Origin: a virus
Lineage: Duplodnaviria > Caudoviricetes
Virus record (IMG/VR): IMGVR_UViG_3300038429_000537
Span: 1 to 55,824 of that record
DNA: 55,824 bases
Direction: 5' to 3' (one strand)
Within the stretch, counting starts at the first letter, position 1. Every line of letters begins with the position of its first letter. The notes under the pieces are model-generated. The model was not told where the DNA came from. It saw only the letters and a list, made by a program, of their open reading frames with translations, and searched no databases. A program made the translations under genes and the position numbers. Shown one piece after another: positions 1 to 9,743 of the stretch.

Positions 1-485
1 TCGCCATCGGCACGAACCTGATGCTCTATTGGAACGGGTTCCTGCTTGATATAGTGAGCGACAGCGCTATCGCAAGCGGCGCGGCGGGTTGTTGTCTAGG
101 CCCAGTAGGCAATATTGCCAACGCCCAAATCAGCGCATGGTCTGGTGGTAACTTTCGGAATCCCCCAAACAACGGAATACAAGGCGCTCTTGGCGCAGGA
201 GGTTCAGGAGCTACGGTTGCGTGGACGGGAACCTCATCCGGTTCAGTGACTGCGGATGTCTCAGGCAACTACAACACGCTCGAAGTTCTCAATCCATTTG
301 ATGTTCTGAAACTCACGCCGTCTAAGACTGGCTACACCTTCTCCCCGACCAGCGCAAGCGAAACGGTCAACGGCGCGAACATCACGGGCGTTAGTTTCAC
401 GGCGACTCAGACGCCTACCGGTGGTGGTTCCGGTTCCTACATGCAAGCTTTTCGTGGCTTCGTAAACAAGCGAGGAGTAAATTGA
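1..485 (+). CDS. 3' end of a virion-associated protein with a C-terminal Ig/carboxypeptidase-regulatory-like beta domain (probably truncated by the window edge)
   Basis: Gly/Ser/Thr-rich ORF 21..485; the segment TPSKTGYTFSPTSASETVNGANITGVSFTAT is typical of small beta-sandwich surface domains. Confidence 0.5.
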   Translation, partial: AIGTNLMLYWNGFLLDIVSDSAIASGAAGCCLGPVGNIANAQISAWSGGNFRNPPNNGIQGALGAGGSGATVAWTGTSSGSVTADVSGNYNTLEVLNPFDVLKLTPSKTGYTFSPTSASETVNGANITGVSFTATQTPTGGGSGSYMQAFRGFVNKRGVN

Positions 486-688
486 TGCCGGTGAAAGAAG
501 TGGTTACTCTTCGTCAGGACTTCGTTCAGCGGGCTCTTGCGCTGAGCCACGTTTCGTTTCGGACGCCGTACGCCGCCCTTGATCGCGAGGACGCCATCCT
601 TGACCGGATGACGCAAAACTTAACCCCGGAGGAACGCGAAGCCTTTAAAATTCTTAGTCCAATTATTTACAACGGGTTTGGCCGATGA
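482..688 (+). CDS. hypothetical protein
   Basis: 68 aa ORF; GAGGAG RBS at ~472; overlaps both neighbours. Confidence 0.6.
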   Translation: MMPVKEVVTLRQDFVQRALALSHVSFRTPYAALDREDAILDRMTQNLTPEEREAFKILSPIIYNGFGR

Positions 689-1038
689 AAAATTTTTTAC
701 GCCAGCGCCGGTTGATGTGGTTTGCGGTTTTATTTAACGTCGTAGGTTATGTTTGTGACTTAACCTCGAGCTACGGCGCGCCGGCGTATCTCTTCGAATC
801 GAATCCGTACACACGCGACATCGTGTACCACTTTTCTTTATTGCACGGTATGATCTATGACTCGATTTGGCTCGGCATCTTCGCCCTGGTGGGATGCCTT
901 CTGTACTTCGGCACTAGGTGGTTTGACGAACTTATCGCGCAGCTAGCTTTTGCTGCCTTACCGTTGGTTGCCGGCATCGGTGGTTTTTCGGCCGCGGTTC
1001 ACAACGTGTGGTTGAGATTAGGATGGTACGTGCGATGA
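685..1038 (+). CDS. membrane protein (about 3 TM segments)
   Basis: Three hydrophobic stretches; ATGA coupling at both ends. Confidence 0.65.
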   Translation: MKNFLRQRRLMWFAVLFNVVGYVCDLTSSYGAPAYLFESNPYTRDIVYHFSLLHGMIYDSIWLGIFALVGCLLYFGTRWFDELIAQLAFAALPLVAGIGGFSAAVHNVWLRLGWYVR

Positions 1039-1874
1039 AACTCGATGACGTAATTTTCTTTTTCATGCGTCACGGCGAAACCGCCGGCAACAAGAAGAAC
1101 GTCTACCGTAGCTGGAGCAACGCTCCCGACGCGCAGCTCGATGCCGCCGGCCGCAAGTCGGCCGAGAAGGGCGGACAGTACCTCGCGACGATCGGCGCGC
1201 CGATCGAGTTGATCGTGGCGGATTCATTGGATCGCGTGCAGGAAACGGTTGAACTCGTTGCCCGAAGTTTTCCTGAGGCGCGACTCGAGTTCGTTCGTGC
1301 CCTCCACCCGTTAAACATGGGTGATTGGACGTTGCAGTCGAAGGACGAGCACCCCGTGCAGCCCTACCTCGACGAACCGAGCAAGCAGATACCCGGCGGT
1401 GAAAAGGTCGACGAGTTCAACGACCGCGAGGCGCAGATCTTTCAGACGATCTTTGCCCTGGCGAAGGATTTAAAAGGTGGTAAGATTTTGGTGGTAGGAC
1501 ACGGGTCGAACGTGGCTTACCTCCACAACCACGTGTTTAACCGAGGAAAGGCGCGAGTCGGCTATGAAGGACTCGTTGATCCGGGAGGCATCATTGCTTG
1601 TACACCCGGTGGGATGATTCCGCTGACCCTCTCGCGAGAAAAGTCAAGTAAGGGCGATGAGCATCTCACGCAACTCGGTCCGAACGTAACCTATCCACCG
1701 GATCACGAACCCGGACTGAAGGTCCCGAAGGGTGGCAGCATGTGCGCGAATTGCGAGTATCACAACCCGGATGGTAACACCTGTAAGAACGAGTACTTCA
1801 TTCGCTGGAACGGTTCGGACAAAATTCCCGCGCCGGCGGATCAGTACTGTTCTGATTGGTACGAACCTAAATAA
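1035..1874 (+). CDS. histidine phosphatase (phosphoglycerate mutase family) with a C-terminal four-Cys domain
   Basis: RHGET motif, PGGE, VGHG; C-terminal CANC...C...CSDWY; ATG 1035 overlaps the upstream TGA. Confidence 0.85.
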   Translation: MKLDDVIFFFMRHGETAGNKKNVYRSWSNAPDAQLDAAGRKSAEKGGQYLATIGAPIELIVADSLDRVQETVELVARSFPEARLEFVRALHPLNMGDWTLQSKDEHPVQPYLDEPSKQIPGGEKVDEFNDREAQIFQTIFALAKDLKGGKILVVGHGSNVAYLHNHVFNRGKARVGYEGLVDPGGIIACTPGGMIPLTLSREKSSKGDEHLTQLGPNVTYPPDHEPGLKVPKGGSMCANCEYHNPDGNTCKNEYFIRWNGSDKIPAPADQYCSDWYEPK

Positions 1875-1884
1875 GGAGATTAAG

Positions 1885-2109
1885 ATGGCTTTTCAGTTGC
1901 ACAAAGTCAACGCTTCGGCGTTTGCTAAGGACCCCACCCTGCGAGACGCCAAGTGTACCTCTTATGCGACTCTAGCACTAGCTTGCGATGCTAGAGAAGC
2001 ACTAAGCGGAAAGCTTGACTCGCTCAACGGAGATTATTGGAACGCGATAATCTTCGACACAGTGACCCCGGGCGCTCCCGTGGTTAATTTCGTCCAGAGC
2101 GTAGAGTAG
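1885..2109 (+). CDS. hypothetical protein
   Basis: TAAGGAG RBS before ATG 1885 (MAFQLHK...). Confidence 0.7.
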   Translation: MAFQLHKVNASAFAKDPTLRDAKCTSYATLALACDAREALSGKLDSLNGDYWNAIIFDTVTPGAPVVNFVQSVE

Positions 2110-2180
2110 AGGACTAAGTTTTTCAGCCGTCGGGCAACCGGGGCTGAGCAGTTAGACAGAAATAGATAGAGGAGAAAGAA

Positions 2181-2447
2181 ATGTCAACCAAGCGCGACAG
2201 TAAGGACCCCTTGCCCGAAGCGGCTAACACGCAGCGCCAGGGTGGTGGGAACGAGCCGTACCCAGCCGGTGCCGAGGATCACGGTCAGAAAAAGGCCGCG
2301 AAGATCCCGGAAGATAGTCGCTACACTCTGCGCACCGGTGGTGAATCACAGCCGACGCGGCAAAAGGGTGACGGCAACACCCCGGTCACGGGCGAGACGC
2401 ACGACTCGAAGAAGGCCGAGAAGGTCACTGAAGATCGTCGGTACTAA
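2181..2447 (+). CDS. small hydrophilic hypothetical protein
   Basis: GAGGAG RBS; charged low-complexity 88 aa. Confidence 0.7.
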   Translation: MSTKRDSKDPLPEAANTQRQGGGNEPYPAGAEDHGQKKAAKIPEDSRYTLRTGGESQPTRQKGDGNTPVTGETHDSKKAEKVTEDRRY

Positions 2448-2459
2448 GGAGCGAATCCG

Positions 2460-2750
2460 ATGCCCGATAAGAAGAAGGCACCACCTTCGCATCTTGACCT
2501 GCTCGGCGGCAAGAAGGAAGCCGAGAAGGGTAAGGACGTGAAGAGCAAGGCGCACGGCTTTCACGCCCGGAAGGTAAAGGGCGGCTGGCACGTGCAGCAC
2601 CACGATGAGACGAACGCACCGGTTCAGGGCGAAGAGCACGTGCTTCCCGACACCGACGCGCTGCACGATCACATCGAGGAACACTTCGGTGAACCGAACC
2701 AGGGTGAGGAAGCACCGGCAGCAGCCCCGGCTCCGGGAGTACCAGCATGA
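2460..2750 (+). CDS. small His/Glu/Lys-rich hypothetical protein
   Basis: TAAGGAG RBS; 96 aa. Confidence 0.7.
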   Translation: MPDKKKAPPSHLDLLGGKKEAEKGKDVKSKAHGFHARKVKGGWHVQHHDETNAPVQGEEHVLPDTDALHDHIEEHFGEPNQGEEAPAAAPAPGVPA

Positions 2751-2986
2751 TCGGCGCTCCCGTGAAACCCGGTGGGTTGACTAACCCGTTGCGACCACTA
2801 GGAGGCAAGCAGACGGTTGGCAGCATCCTGGGTAATATGCACCAGGGGGGTAAGGTCCCGGAGGACGGTGTTTATGAACTCAAGAAGGACGAAGAGGTCA
2901 CGCCGCCTTCGAAGAAAAAGAATCCGACCCCAGCCGGTCGTAACTCCAAGTACCGCAAGGTGTACCTCGATCGAAAGAAAAAGTAA
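2747..2986 (+). CDS. small basic hypothetical protein
   Basis: ATGA overlap upstream; TAATG overlap with the terminase. Confidence 0.65.
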   Translation: MIGAPVKPGGLTNPLRPLGGKQTVGSILGNMHQGGKVPEDGVYELKKDEEVTPPSKKKNPTPAGRNSKYRKVYLDRKKK

Positions 2987-4821
2987 TGGCCTTTCCTCCC
3001 GGCTTCAATCCACTGTGGGCCCAGCCGCTAGCTGATGGCACACCCGGTCCCGGTCCGAGTCTCGACGAGCTTAAGAGCTTTCGCTTAACCGAAAGTGACG
3101 CGCGAAAGCTCACGCCCGATGAGGCCGCCCTGGTTCGGTACCTTTGCCTAACGAGCTTACGGTTCTTGGTCAACAGCGTGCTGCGGCCGGCGTCGCAGAA
3201 GTTTTTGCCGTTCACCGAGAAGTGCCACGGCCGAATCTTCGACTCGTTTCTGCGACCGATTCCGGGGAAGACCTATGACCAGTGGAGTGACGTCAAGGAA
3301 CGAGCTACCCTGGCGTTTCGTGGCGCCACTAAGTCAACCATCGTGGGAGGCTTCTTAACCCAGGTTGTGTTGACCGACCGGGACATTCGGATCCTGATTC
3401 TATCGGGAAAGTTGCCGCACGCTAAGACCATCATGGCTCTGGCACGGCAGCCGTTCTTCACGAACGGGGTTGTTCGTTGTCTCTTTCCGGAGTGGGCGAT
3501 CGAGTTGGACCAGGTCTCGGGTGATTCGTTTACCTGTCCTTGTCGTACGGCTGAGTTGAACTTACGTGATCCCACGTTGGGCATCGCAACCTTTGACTCG
3601 GTGAAGGCCGGCGGGCACTACGAGCTCTTGGTGTTCGACGATTGTACGAACGAAATTAACTGTGCCACGCCCGAGTTGGTAGATAAAAATGAGCAGCACT
3701 ACGACGACACGGAAGGCTTGATCGAGCCCGGTGGTTATCGGCACTTCTTTGGAACCACCTGGGCACCGGTCGAGACGGACCTTCCGCAGATAATTCGTCA
3801 GCGTGGTGAGGCTTACGCGGCTGAACATAAGGGTGAGAGGAACACCGAGTATAGCGAGACCCCGGTCTGGACGCTTCGTACCGATGGAACACCTGAGGAG
3901 CAGGCCGACCGGTTGGAGCGTGACCGGAAGAACACGCTTCACCCCGAGGACGTCATCTTAACCTGGCCGGAAAAGTTGACGGTTAAGTTCCTTTGGCCCA
4001 AGTATCGGGCGAACCCGCAGAAGTTCAACGGTCAGTACCTGCTGCGTTGGCGGGGAATGTACCTCACCGAGTCGTTCACGATGGACCTATTGATGCGGAA
4101 CACTCGGCCCTTCGCTGAGGGCATGCCGCTGCCGCACGATCGCTTCATGGTGATCAACTGGGACATGGGTGGCATCTATACCGGTCGGCGGGCTAAGAAG
4201 GGCTTTGACTTTTCTTGCGGCATCGCGGGGATGTTTGAGTTGAGTACGCGTCGGTTGTTCTGCTACGATGCTTTTTTAGAGGTGTTTGTTTCTTCTACGG
4301 ACGCGGCGACGGCAATCGTTCAGTTTTACGAGCGGCAACTAAAGATTGGACCGGTAGGCATCTGTCGGATTGAGGATTCTTTCGGCGTTCGAATGTTGGA
4401 GGGTGAGCTTAACTCGGTCGCCAAAAAGTTGAAGGTACCACTGCAAATTGTTTGGGATCCACCGGAGAACACGGACAACTCAAAGAACATCGCGATTACG
4501 ATGGCTGCTGGAGCGATGAAGAAGGGTTTGATTCAATTTTCAAACTCGATGCCTTACCGTGACGAGATCTTTAAGATGTTCGTCAACTGGTCGCCCCAAC
4601 CGGGTTTGCGGCGCAAGGACGACGGACCGGACAACATCGCGCAAATTTGGAAGTGTTACAACGGACAGATCTTTCCGAACCAGGTGGGGATCATGCAAGC
4701 CAGCAGCAACGAATTTTCCTTCGCTCCAGAGATACCCGAAGAGGTCGACCCTCACGCGGATGAACGGCTTTACGCAGACTTCGGTCTGTTGCAGAGGATG
4801 ACGGTGGATCATGCTTCTTGA
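2986..4821 (+). CDS. terL: terminase large subunit
   Basis: Walker A-like FRGATKST, Walker B LLVFDD, coupling motif FGTTW, RNase H-like nuclease (INWDMG...DFS, KDDGPD); immediately upstream of the portal. Confidence 0.9.
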   Translation: MAFPPGFNPLWAQPLADGTPGPGPSLDELKSFRLTESDARKLTPDEAALVRYLCLTSLRFLVNSVLRPASQKFLPFTEKCHGRIFDSFLRPIPGKTYDQWSDVKERATLAFRGATKSTIVGGFLTQVVLTDRDIRILILSGKLPHAKTIMALARQPFFTNGVVRCLFPEWAIELDQVSGDSFTCPCRTAELNLRDPTLGIATFDSVKAGGHYELLVFDDCTNEINCATPELVDKNEQHYDDTEGLIEPGGYRHFFGTTWAPVETDLPQIIRQRGEAYAAEHKGERNTEYSETPVWTLRTDGTPEEQADRLERDRKNTLHPEDVILTWPEKLTVKFLWPKYRANPQKFNGQYLLRWRGMYLTESFTMDLLMRNTRPFAEGMPLPHDRFMVINWDMGGIYTGRRAKKGFDFSCGIAGMFELSTRRLFCYDAFLEVFVSSTDAATAIVQFYERQLKIGPVGICRIEDSFGVRMLEGELNSVAKKLKVPLQIVWDPPENTDNSKNIAITMAAGAMKKGLIQFSNSMPYRDEIFKMFVNWSPQPGLRRKDDGPDNIAQIWKCYNGQIFPNQVGIMQASSNEFSFAPEIPEEVDPHADERLYADFGLLQRMTVDHAS

Positions 4822-6925
4822 GCAACCTAACGATACACGGCAACCGCTTAACCAACTTCCGCAGGAGTTCGCGCTTCCTACCGAAGGTGCTAAGAAGGAA
4901 ATCGACAAGGATGATGTCGCGCTGTCCCTCGTAGTCCAGGATACCCAACGCGCCGAGAAGTTTGTGATGGCCCGCCTGTGGCTGACGGAGTGGCGCATCG
5001 CGAAGGCTCTTTACGAGGCGGCGGTCAAGCAGGAATACTGGCGCGATACCCTAGTCCCGAGGGCCAGTAATGCTTATCCGTTATCCTCGCAGCACGTTCG
5101 AGCGATTCTTGACCAGACGATGGAGGCTCTCTTTCCGGAGAACCCGCCTTTCGCCGTGAATCCCACCGAGGGCACGCCACGGCAAGTTGCCCGAGGCTGG
5201 GAGTCCATCATTAGTTACCAGCTGCTTCAAACGCGGTTTAAGCAGCAGCTGCGGTTGGTAGCCAAGGACGCGGAGATCTTTGGAACCGGTATCGCGAAGT
5301 GGGGCTGGGAGAAGTTTCCCGTCAAGCGCCGTTTTTACCGTCGTGCTGCCGCCGCTCCCACCGTTCCAGCCACAATTCCCGGAGCTGCTGACCAACAAAT
5401 TCCGACCACCGAGTCGGACGAGTTAGACGAAGTGGAGTTTGAAGAGATCGTCTCACGACCGTTCTTTACGCGCTGCGAGATCAACCACGTGTTGGTTAGC
5501 CCGGGTTTACGGCAGCCGGACATTCGCCGAGCGCAGTACGTGGTTTACCGTGATTATCTCACCATCCGTGACCTGAACAAGCTGCGGGATTTTGAGGGCT
5601 ATGAAATTCCGTCGGAAGAGGAGCTGAAGCAACTCGCCGTTCCACCGGCCGAGCAACCACCTAGCTCGGTGGTCGAGTCGGAGAGCACGGCCTTTCCGGC
5701 GCAGGGTCACCGGGCGTTGCCACGGTACCTTGACGAGTCGGAAGACCCGCTTGACCACAAGTTGGAGGTTCTCGAACGTTGGTCGAATGACACCGTCATC
5801 GTAGCGCTGCAGCGAAAGAAGGTAATTCGCAACGAGTCGAACGAACTGGGTGAGTTGCCGTTCTTGTCGGCCTTTTGGGACGACATTCCGGGTACGTTCT
5901 ACGCTTTCGGTATCCCGCGGCGAATCGGTAGCATCCAGACCCACGTGCAGGGACTGCGTAACTTGCGGCTGGACGACATCAACCTGAACCTGCAAAACGT
6001 TTACCTGGAGAAGCAAGGCACCAACCTGACGGGCCAACCGATGCGGATGTACCCCGGCGCTCGAATTAAGGTTACCGACCCGGAAGGTGTCAAACCACTA
6101 ATCAAGCAGCCGATTTTGGCAGAGGCTTACCGCGAAGAGGCGGTTTTGGCCGCTGACGCCGAGAAAACTACCGGGGCTAACGAGCAAACGGTCCAGGGCG
6201 CGATGCCCGAACGGGGCCGCTCGTCACTCGGTCGGACCGCTACCGGGGCCGGTATCCTAGGCGGAGCGTCGAGTAGCCGGATTCAGAGCTTTGTGAACGT
6301 GATCGTTGACCAGATCTTTCTACCGACGCTGTACGCGTTCCTCCACATGGACCGGCGGTTGCTAGAGCCGAAGTTGATGCGGCAAATTATCGGCAAGACG
6401 TTGTGGGAGTCGATGGAGGCTGATCACAACGGTGACCTGTTGGTTGACATGTGCAACTCGGTTGACATTCAATTCGTCATGCAAGCCGGCACGAGTCTCG
6501 CGGCCCGCCGGGCGATGGCTTCGGCGCTGCCCCTGGAGATGCAGATGTACATGGCTCCGGCCGTGCAAGGTGGCTTGGCCGACGCGGGCTTGAAGGTCAA
6601 CTGGCTGGAACTTTCGCGCCGGATGGAACAGGCCACGGGTTGGAAGTCACAGGATGACGTCCTCGTGCCCATGATGCCGGACGACGTGAAGCGCCGGATG
6701 ATGTCGAATCCTGAGGTGCTGAAGGCCCAAGCTACCCAAACGCGAATCGCGCAACTCCACCAGGGCAAGAAGGAGCTCTCGGCTCAAGAACACGAGCAGA
6801 AGCTAGCGGAGATCGACGCGAAGGGGTTGGCGGGAGCCGGATCAACGATCGTCACGAAGAGTTTGGAACGGGCAGCCGAGCGTGAAGAGATGCAGCAGAT
6901 CTCGGGCTCGTTAGCGGGAGTGTAA
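4811..6925 (+). CDS. portal protein (P22-like podovirus type)
   Basis: 704 aa after TerL; IFGTGIAKWGW, PFLSAFWDDIPGTFYAFGI, RTATG motifs; C-terminal coiled-coil barrel. Confidence 0.9.
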   Translation: MLLEQPNDTRQPLNQLPQEFALPTEGAKKEIDKDDVALSLVVQDTQRAEKFVMARLWLTEWRIAKALYEAAVKQEYWRDTLVPRASNAYPLSSQHVRAILDQTMEALFPENPPFAVNPTEGTPRQVARGWESIISYQLLQTRFKQQLRLVAKDAEIFGTGIAKWGWEKFPVKRRFYRRAAAAPTVPATIPGAADQQIPTTESDELDEVEFEEIVSRPFFTRCEINHVLVSPGLRQPDIRRAQYVVYRDYLTIRDLNKLRDFEGYEIPSEEELKQLAVPPAEQPPSSVVESESTAFPAQGHRALPRYLDESEDPLDHKLEVLERWSNDTVIVALQRKKVIRNESNELGELPFLSAFWDDIPGTFYAFGIPRRIGSIQTHVQGLRNLRLDDINLNLQNVYLEKQGTNLTGQPMRMYPGARIKVTDPEGVKPLIKQPILAEAYREEAVLAADAEKTTGANEQTVQGAMPERGRSSLGRTATGAGILGGASSSRIQSFVNVIVDQIFLPTLYAFLHMDRRLLEPKLMRQIIGKTLWESMEADHNGDLLVDMCNSVDIQFVMQAGTSLAARRAMASALPLEMQMYMAPAVQGGLADAGLKVNWLELSRRMEQATGWKSQDDVLVPMMPDDVKRRMMSNPEVLKAQATQTRIAQLHQGKKELSAQEHEQKLAEIDAKGLAGAGSTIVTKSLERAAEREEMQQISGSLAGV

Positions 6926-6928
6926 GAT

Positions 6929-7426
6929 ATGGCAGCAGCTGACAACTCGTGGTACACGGACGTTGTTAACGCTCAGGAGAAGTTTGACTTAAACGCACCA
7001 CTCACCGACGAAGAGTTGGTTGCTGCCGGTATGTTGGCGGTGCTGCCGTCCAAGCTCACCCAAGAGGCCAGCGGTCCGGTGCTGAAGGACCTCGACGACC
7101 TCGACGACGCTGTTCCTACCGACGCGGTCGCGGACTTTATCGACGGGGACAGCTACAACGGTCGGTACGCGCACTACCTAAAGTGTCAGGCATTGGCAGC
7201 ACTGGTAGCCTTCGACGAAGGTTGGAGTAGCTTTGAGGAGCTGATCCTTAAGCCCTACGTGCGAGAACGTAAACGGGAGAACGCGGAGTACCGTGGTGAG
7301 GATCCAAACAAGGCCTTCTCACTACGGCTGCGGCAGCAGGCGGCTGAAGACTTTGTACGATTCATTCGCTACATGATCAACGAAGCGGTGGCAACACCTA
7401 AACCAGCTTTAGAGGTAAAGAAGTAA
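6929..7426 (+). CDS. hypothetical head-module protein
   Basis: 165 aa between portal and scaffold. Confidence 0.7.
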   Translation: MAAADNSWYTDVVNAQEKFDLNAPLTDEELVAAGMLAVLPSKLTQEASGPVLKDLDDLDDAVPTDAVADFIDGDSYNGRYAHYLKCQALAALVAFDEGWSSFEELILKPYVRERKRENAEYRGEDPNKAFSLRLRQQAAEDFVRFIRYMINEAVATPKPALEVKK

Positions 7427-7467
7427 GTACCGCCCGTAGCCGGATTGCTGCGGAGAGAAGGTGTTAA

Positions 7468-8532
7468 ATGTCAAACGTTCGAGATGTTCTGAAGTTTAAA
7501 GACGGTGGTCTGTCGGTTGAGGAAGCTCGCCGGAAGATGTTGGAAGCTGGGGAGGCGCCGCGAGGGCTAAATCCTACCGGTATTCCGGCACTCGTCAAGG
7601 AAGAGGTAGCTCCTGTGGTGGTTCCGACCGCGGTAGCCGACGCTATCGAACCCGAGTTTGAGGAAGAGGTGCCCGTCGTGCCGGTCGTTCCGGTAGCGGT
7701 TGCTCCTATGGTCCCGACTCCACCGAAGGTTGAACGTGTCGAGACGGACCAGTTCGTCGGTGAGATCAAGCAAGAGGGTGGCAAGTGGGTAGCCGAACTG
7801 CGCTACAAGACCGGTGGCGGCACCGAGCGGTTCATTAAGAGCACCAAGAATGAGTTGATGCTTGCCCTCCTGGAGGGTAAGGGCCACGCCACGATGCGAG
7901 TACACAAGGCCGTGCGGCGTGAAAAGCTCGGTTGGTCAGAGCTCGATCGGCAGTATGCGCTTCCCGCGGGAGTGACCGCTGAAGATTTTGAAAAAATGCC
8001 CGATAAGCAGCAAGATGCGATGCTTTGGACGATCGCGTCGCAACAAACGCTTCTCTTCAACGAGGCACACCCTGAGTTTTACAAGACGCCTAACAACGCT
8101 AAGGCGATCGACAATTTTCTGACCGAGCACAAACTTCCGATCACGCTTCGCAACCTGGAATACGCCTTTGAAGACCTGACGGAAAGTGAGTTGCTTGAAG
8201 TAAGGCCTACGGAGCCTGCACGTGAGGCTCCGATAACGAGTTCTGCACCAGCAGCCGCACCGGTCCCGACGGATTCGGCACCGGCGTCCGCAACACCACC
8301 CGCCGCACCAGCGGCGGTATCGGGAGTTGTGACACCTGCGGTCACGGTGCGAAAGAGGGGAACTACTGGTTTGCAACCGGGACAGTCGAGCTCGCCAACT
8401 GAGCTAGGCGGTCCAGAGGACGGCGGCAAACCGAGAGAACTCTCAGAAGCGGAATTACGCAAACTTCCGATGTCCGAGTTGAAGAGGATTTCTGACCAGG
8501 ACAGACGGCAGCGAGCCGGAACCCAGCGATAA
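7468..8532 (+). CDS. capsid scaffolding protein (putative)
   Basis: Position before the capsid gene; Pro/Ala/Glu-rich flexible segments; C-terminal helix LSEAELRKLPMSELKR. Confidence 0.75.
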   Translation: MSNVRDVLKFKDGGLSVEEARRKMLEAGEAPRGLNPTGIPALVKEEVAPVVVPTAVADAIEPEFEEEVPVVPVVPVAVAPMVPTPPKVERVETDQFVGEIKQEGGKWVAELRYKTGGGTERFIKSTKNELMLALLEGKGHATMRVHKAVRREKLGWSELDRQYALPAGVTAEDFEKMPDKQQDAMLWTIASQQTLLFNEAHPEFYKTPNNAKAIDNFLTEHKLPITLRNLEYAFEDLTESELLEVRPTEPAREAPITSSAPAAAPVPTDSAPASATPPAAPAAVSGVVTPAVTVRKRGTTGLQPGQSSSPTELGGPEDGGKPRELSEAELRKLPMSELKRISDQDRRQRAGTQR

Positions 8533-8576
8533 AGCCAAGTTTGAAAAACTTGGTATTCTTTGTGTGAGGTGACAAA

Positions 8577-9632
8577 TTGTCTGTAAGTAACGCTCAGGCA
8601 TCATTTGTCATTGGCACTACCCTTCCATCTACCCAAGCGGTCTTTTACGATCGTTTGGCCGTAAGAGCGCTGTTTGCGCACCTGGGTTTCCAGGGCCTGA
8701 CGGCGGAACGGCAGATCCCAAAGAATGCTGGTCGTACGACACAGATTTACACCTATAATCTGTCGCCGTTTACGGCTAACGTCGTGGCTGCCGGTACCGA
8801 CCTCGGCGGCAGTATCCTTGATACTGCTCCGTCGACAGCGACCGAAGGCGCCGTGGGCACGCCGATCACACCGACCGAAGCAAGCATCCAGGCCACCCTG
8901 GGACAGTACGTTGACTACGTCAATGTGTCTGACTTTGCTCTCGCGGTGGATATCGGCAAGCCTCTCGAACAGCTCAGCGAAATGCTGGGTTATCGAGGCG
9001 CACTCGTAGTCGACACGTTGATTCAGCAAGGCTTTGACGCGGCTGTCTCAACTGACACGACTGCCAGTGTGACGGTAGCGGACGGATCTTACGTGACCCG
9101 TGCGGTTATCAATACCGCCGTGGCGACGATTCGCGGGAAGAACGGGCGGCCTTTTGCCGGCGGACGGCATCGTGGGATCATGCATCCCTATATTCTGTCT
9201 GACGTGGCGAACGACCTAACCCACAACGGTGTTCTTGACACCGAGAAGTTTACCCGTGAAGGGCAGAAGTGGATCGAAGCCGGCCTTGCCGAGGATAACG
9301 AGATCATTCCGATCGCAGGAGTGGACTTCGTGATGTCGACGAACGTTCCCCTGATTTCGAATATCCCGGCCTCTGGCAAGTCAGCCTACGCAACCTACAT
9401 CACGGCGGACGAGGTAATGTTCTCGATCGCTTTGGGCGGGTTCGAAGACGTACCGGATGAGTCCAACTTCAAGGCCAACATTTACCAATTCGCCCCGAAC
9501 TCGTTTGACCCAGGCGGCGAAATTGGTGGAGCGGTGAGTTACAACTTTAAGTTCGTTGTGACTCCGCGTCCGGCAGCCGGTGGGACCTACCTACCGTTCC
9601 GTCGGATTCTTAGCGAAACTGCTGTCGCGTAA
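8577..9632 (+). CDS. major capsid protein (N4-gp56-like, HK97 fold)
   Basis: FYDRLAVRAL...IPKNAGRTTQIY and TEG...QYVDYVNVSD motifs; TTG start with GAGGT RBS. Confidence 0.88.
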   Translation: MSVSNAQASFVIGTTLPSTQAVFYDRLAVRALFAHLGFQGLTAERQIPKNAGRTTQIYTYNLSPFTANVVAAGTDLGGSILDTAPSTATEGAVGTPITPTEASIQATLGQYVDYVNVSDFALAVDIGKPLEQLSEMLGYRGALVVDTLIQQGFDAAVSTDTTASVTVADGSYVTRAVINTAVATIRGKNGRPFAGGRHRGIMHPYILSDVANDLTHNGVLDTEKFTREGQKWIEAGLAEDNEIIPIAGVDFVMSTNVPLISNIPASGKSAYATYITADEVMFSIALGGFEDVPDESNFKANIYQFAPNSFDPGGEIGGAVSYNFKFVVTPRPAAGGTYLPFRRILSETAVA

Positions 9633-9721
9633 GGCGACGTCACGGCCAGGATGAATCCTGGTGGCTTGACCGGCCGTTAAGGTCTTTGAGAAGGGAGGGT
9701 GGGCTACCTCGCTCACCCTCC
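9624..9721 (+). promoter_or_regulatory. series of stem-loops after the capsid gene (possible attenuator or mRNA stabiliser)
   Basis: gtcgc/gcgac around the stop codon; ccaggat-ga-atcctgg 9646-9661; ggagggtgggc/gctcaccctcc 9694-9721; no U-tract. Confidence 0.4.
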
Positions 9722-9743
9722 AACTCTAATGAGGAATTGAAGC

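Noticed and set aside
2123-2147. GCAA-tetraloop hairpin as a terminator
   Set aside because: No downstream U-tract on either strand; function unsupported
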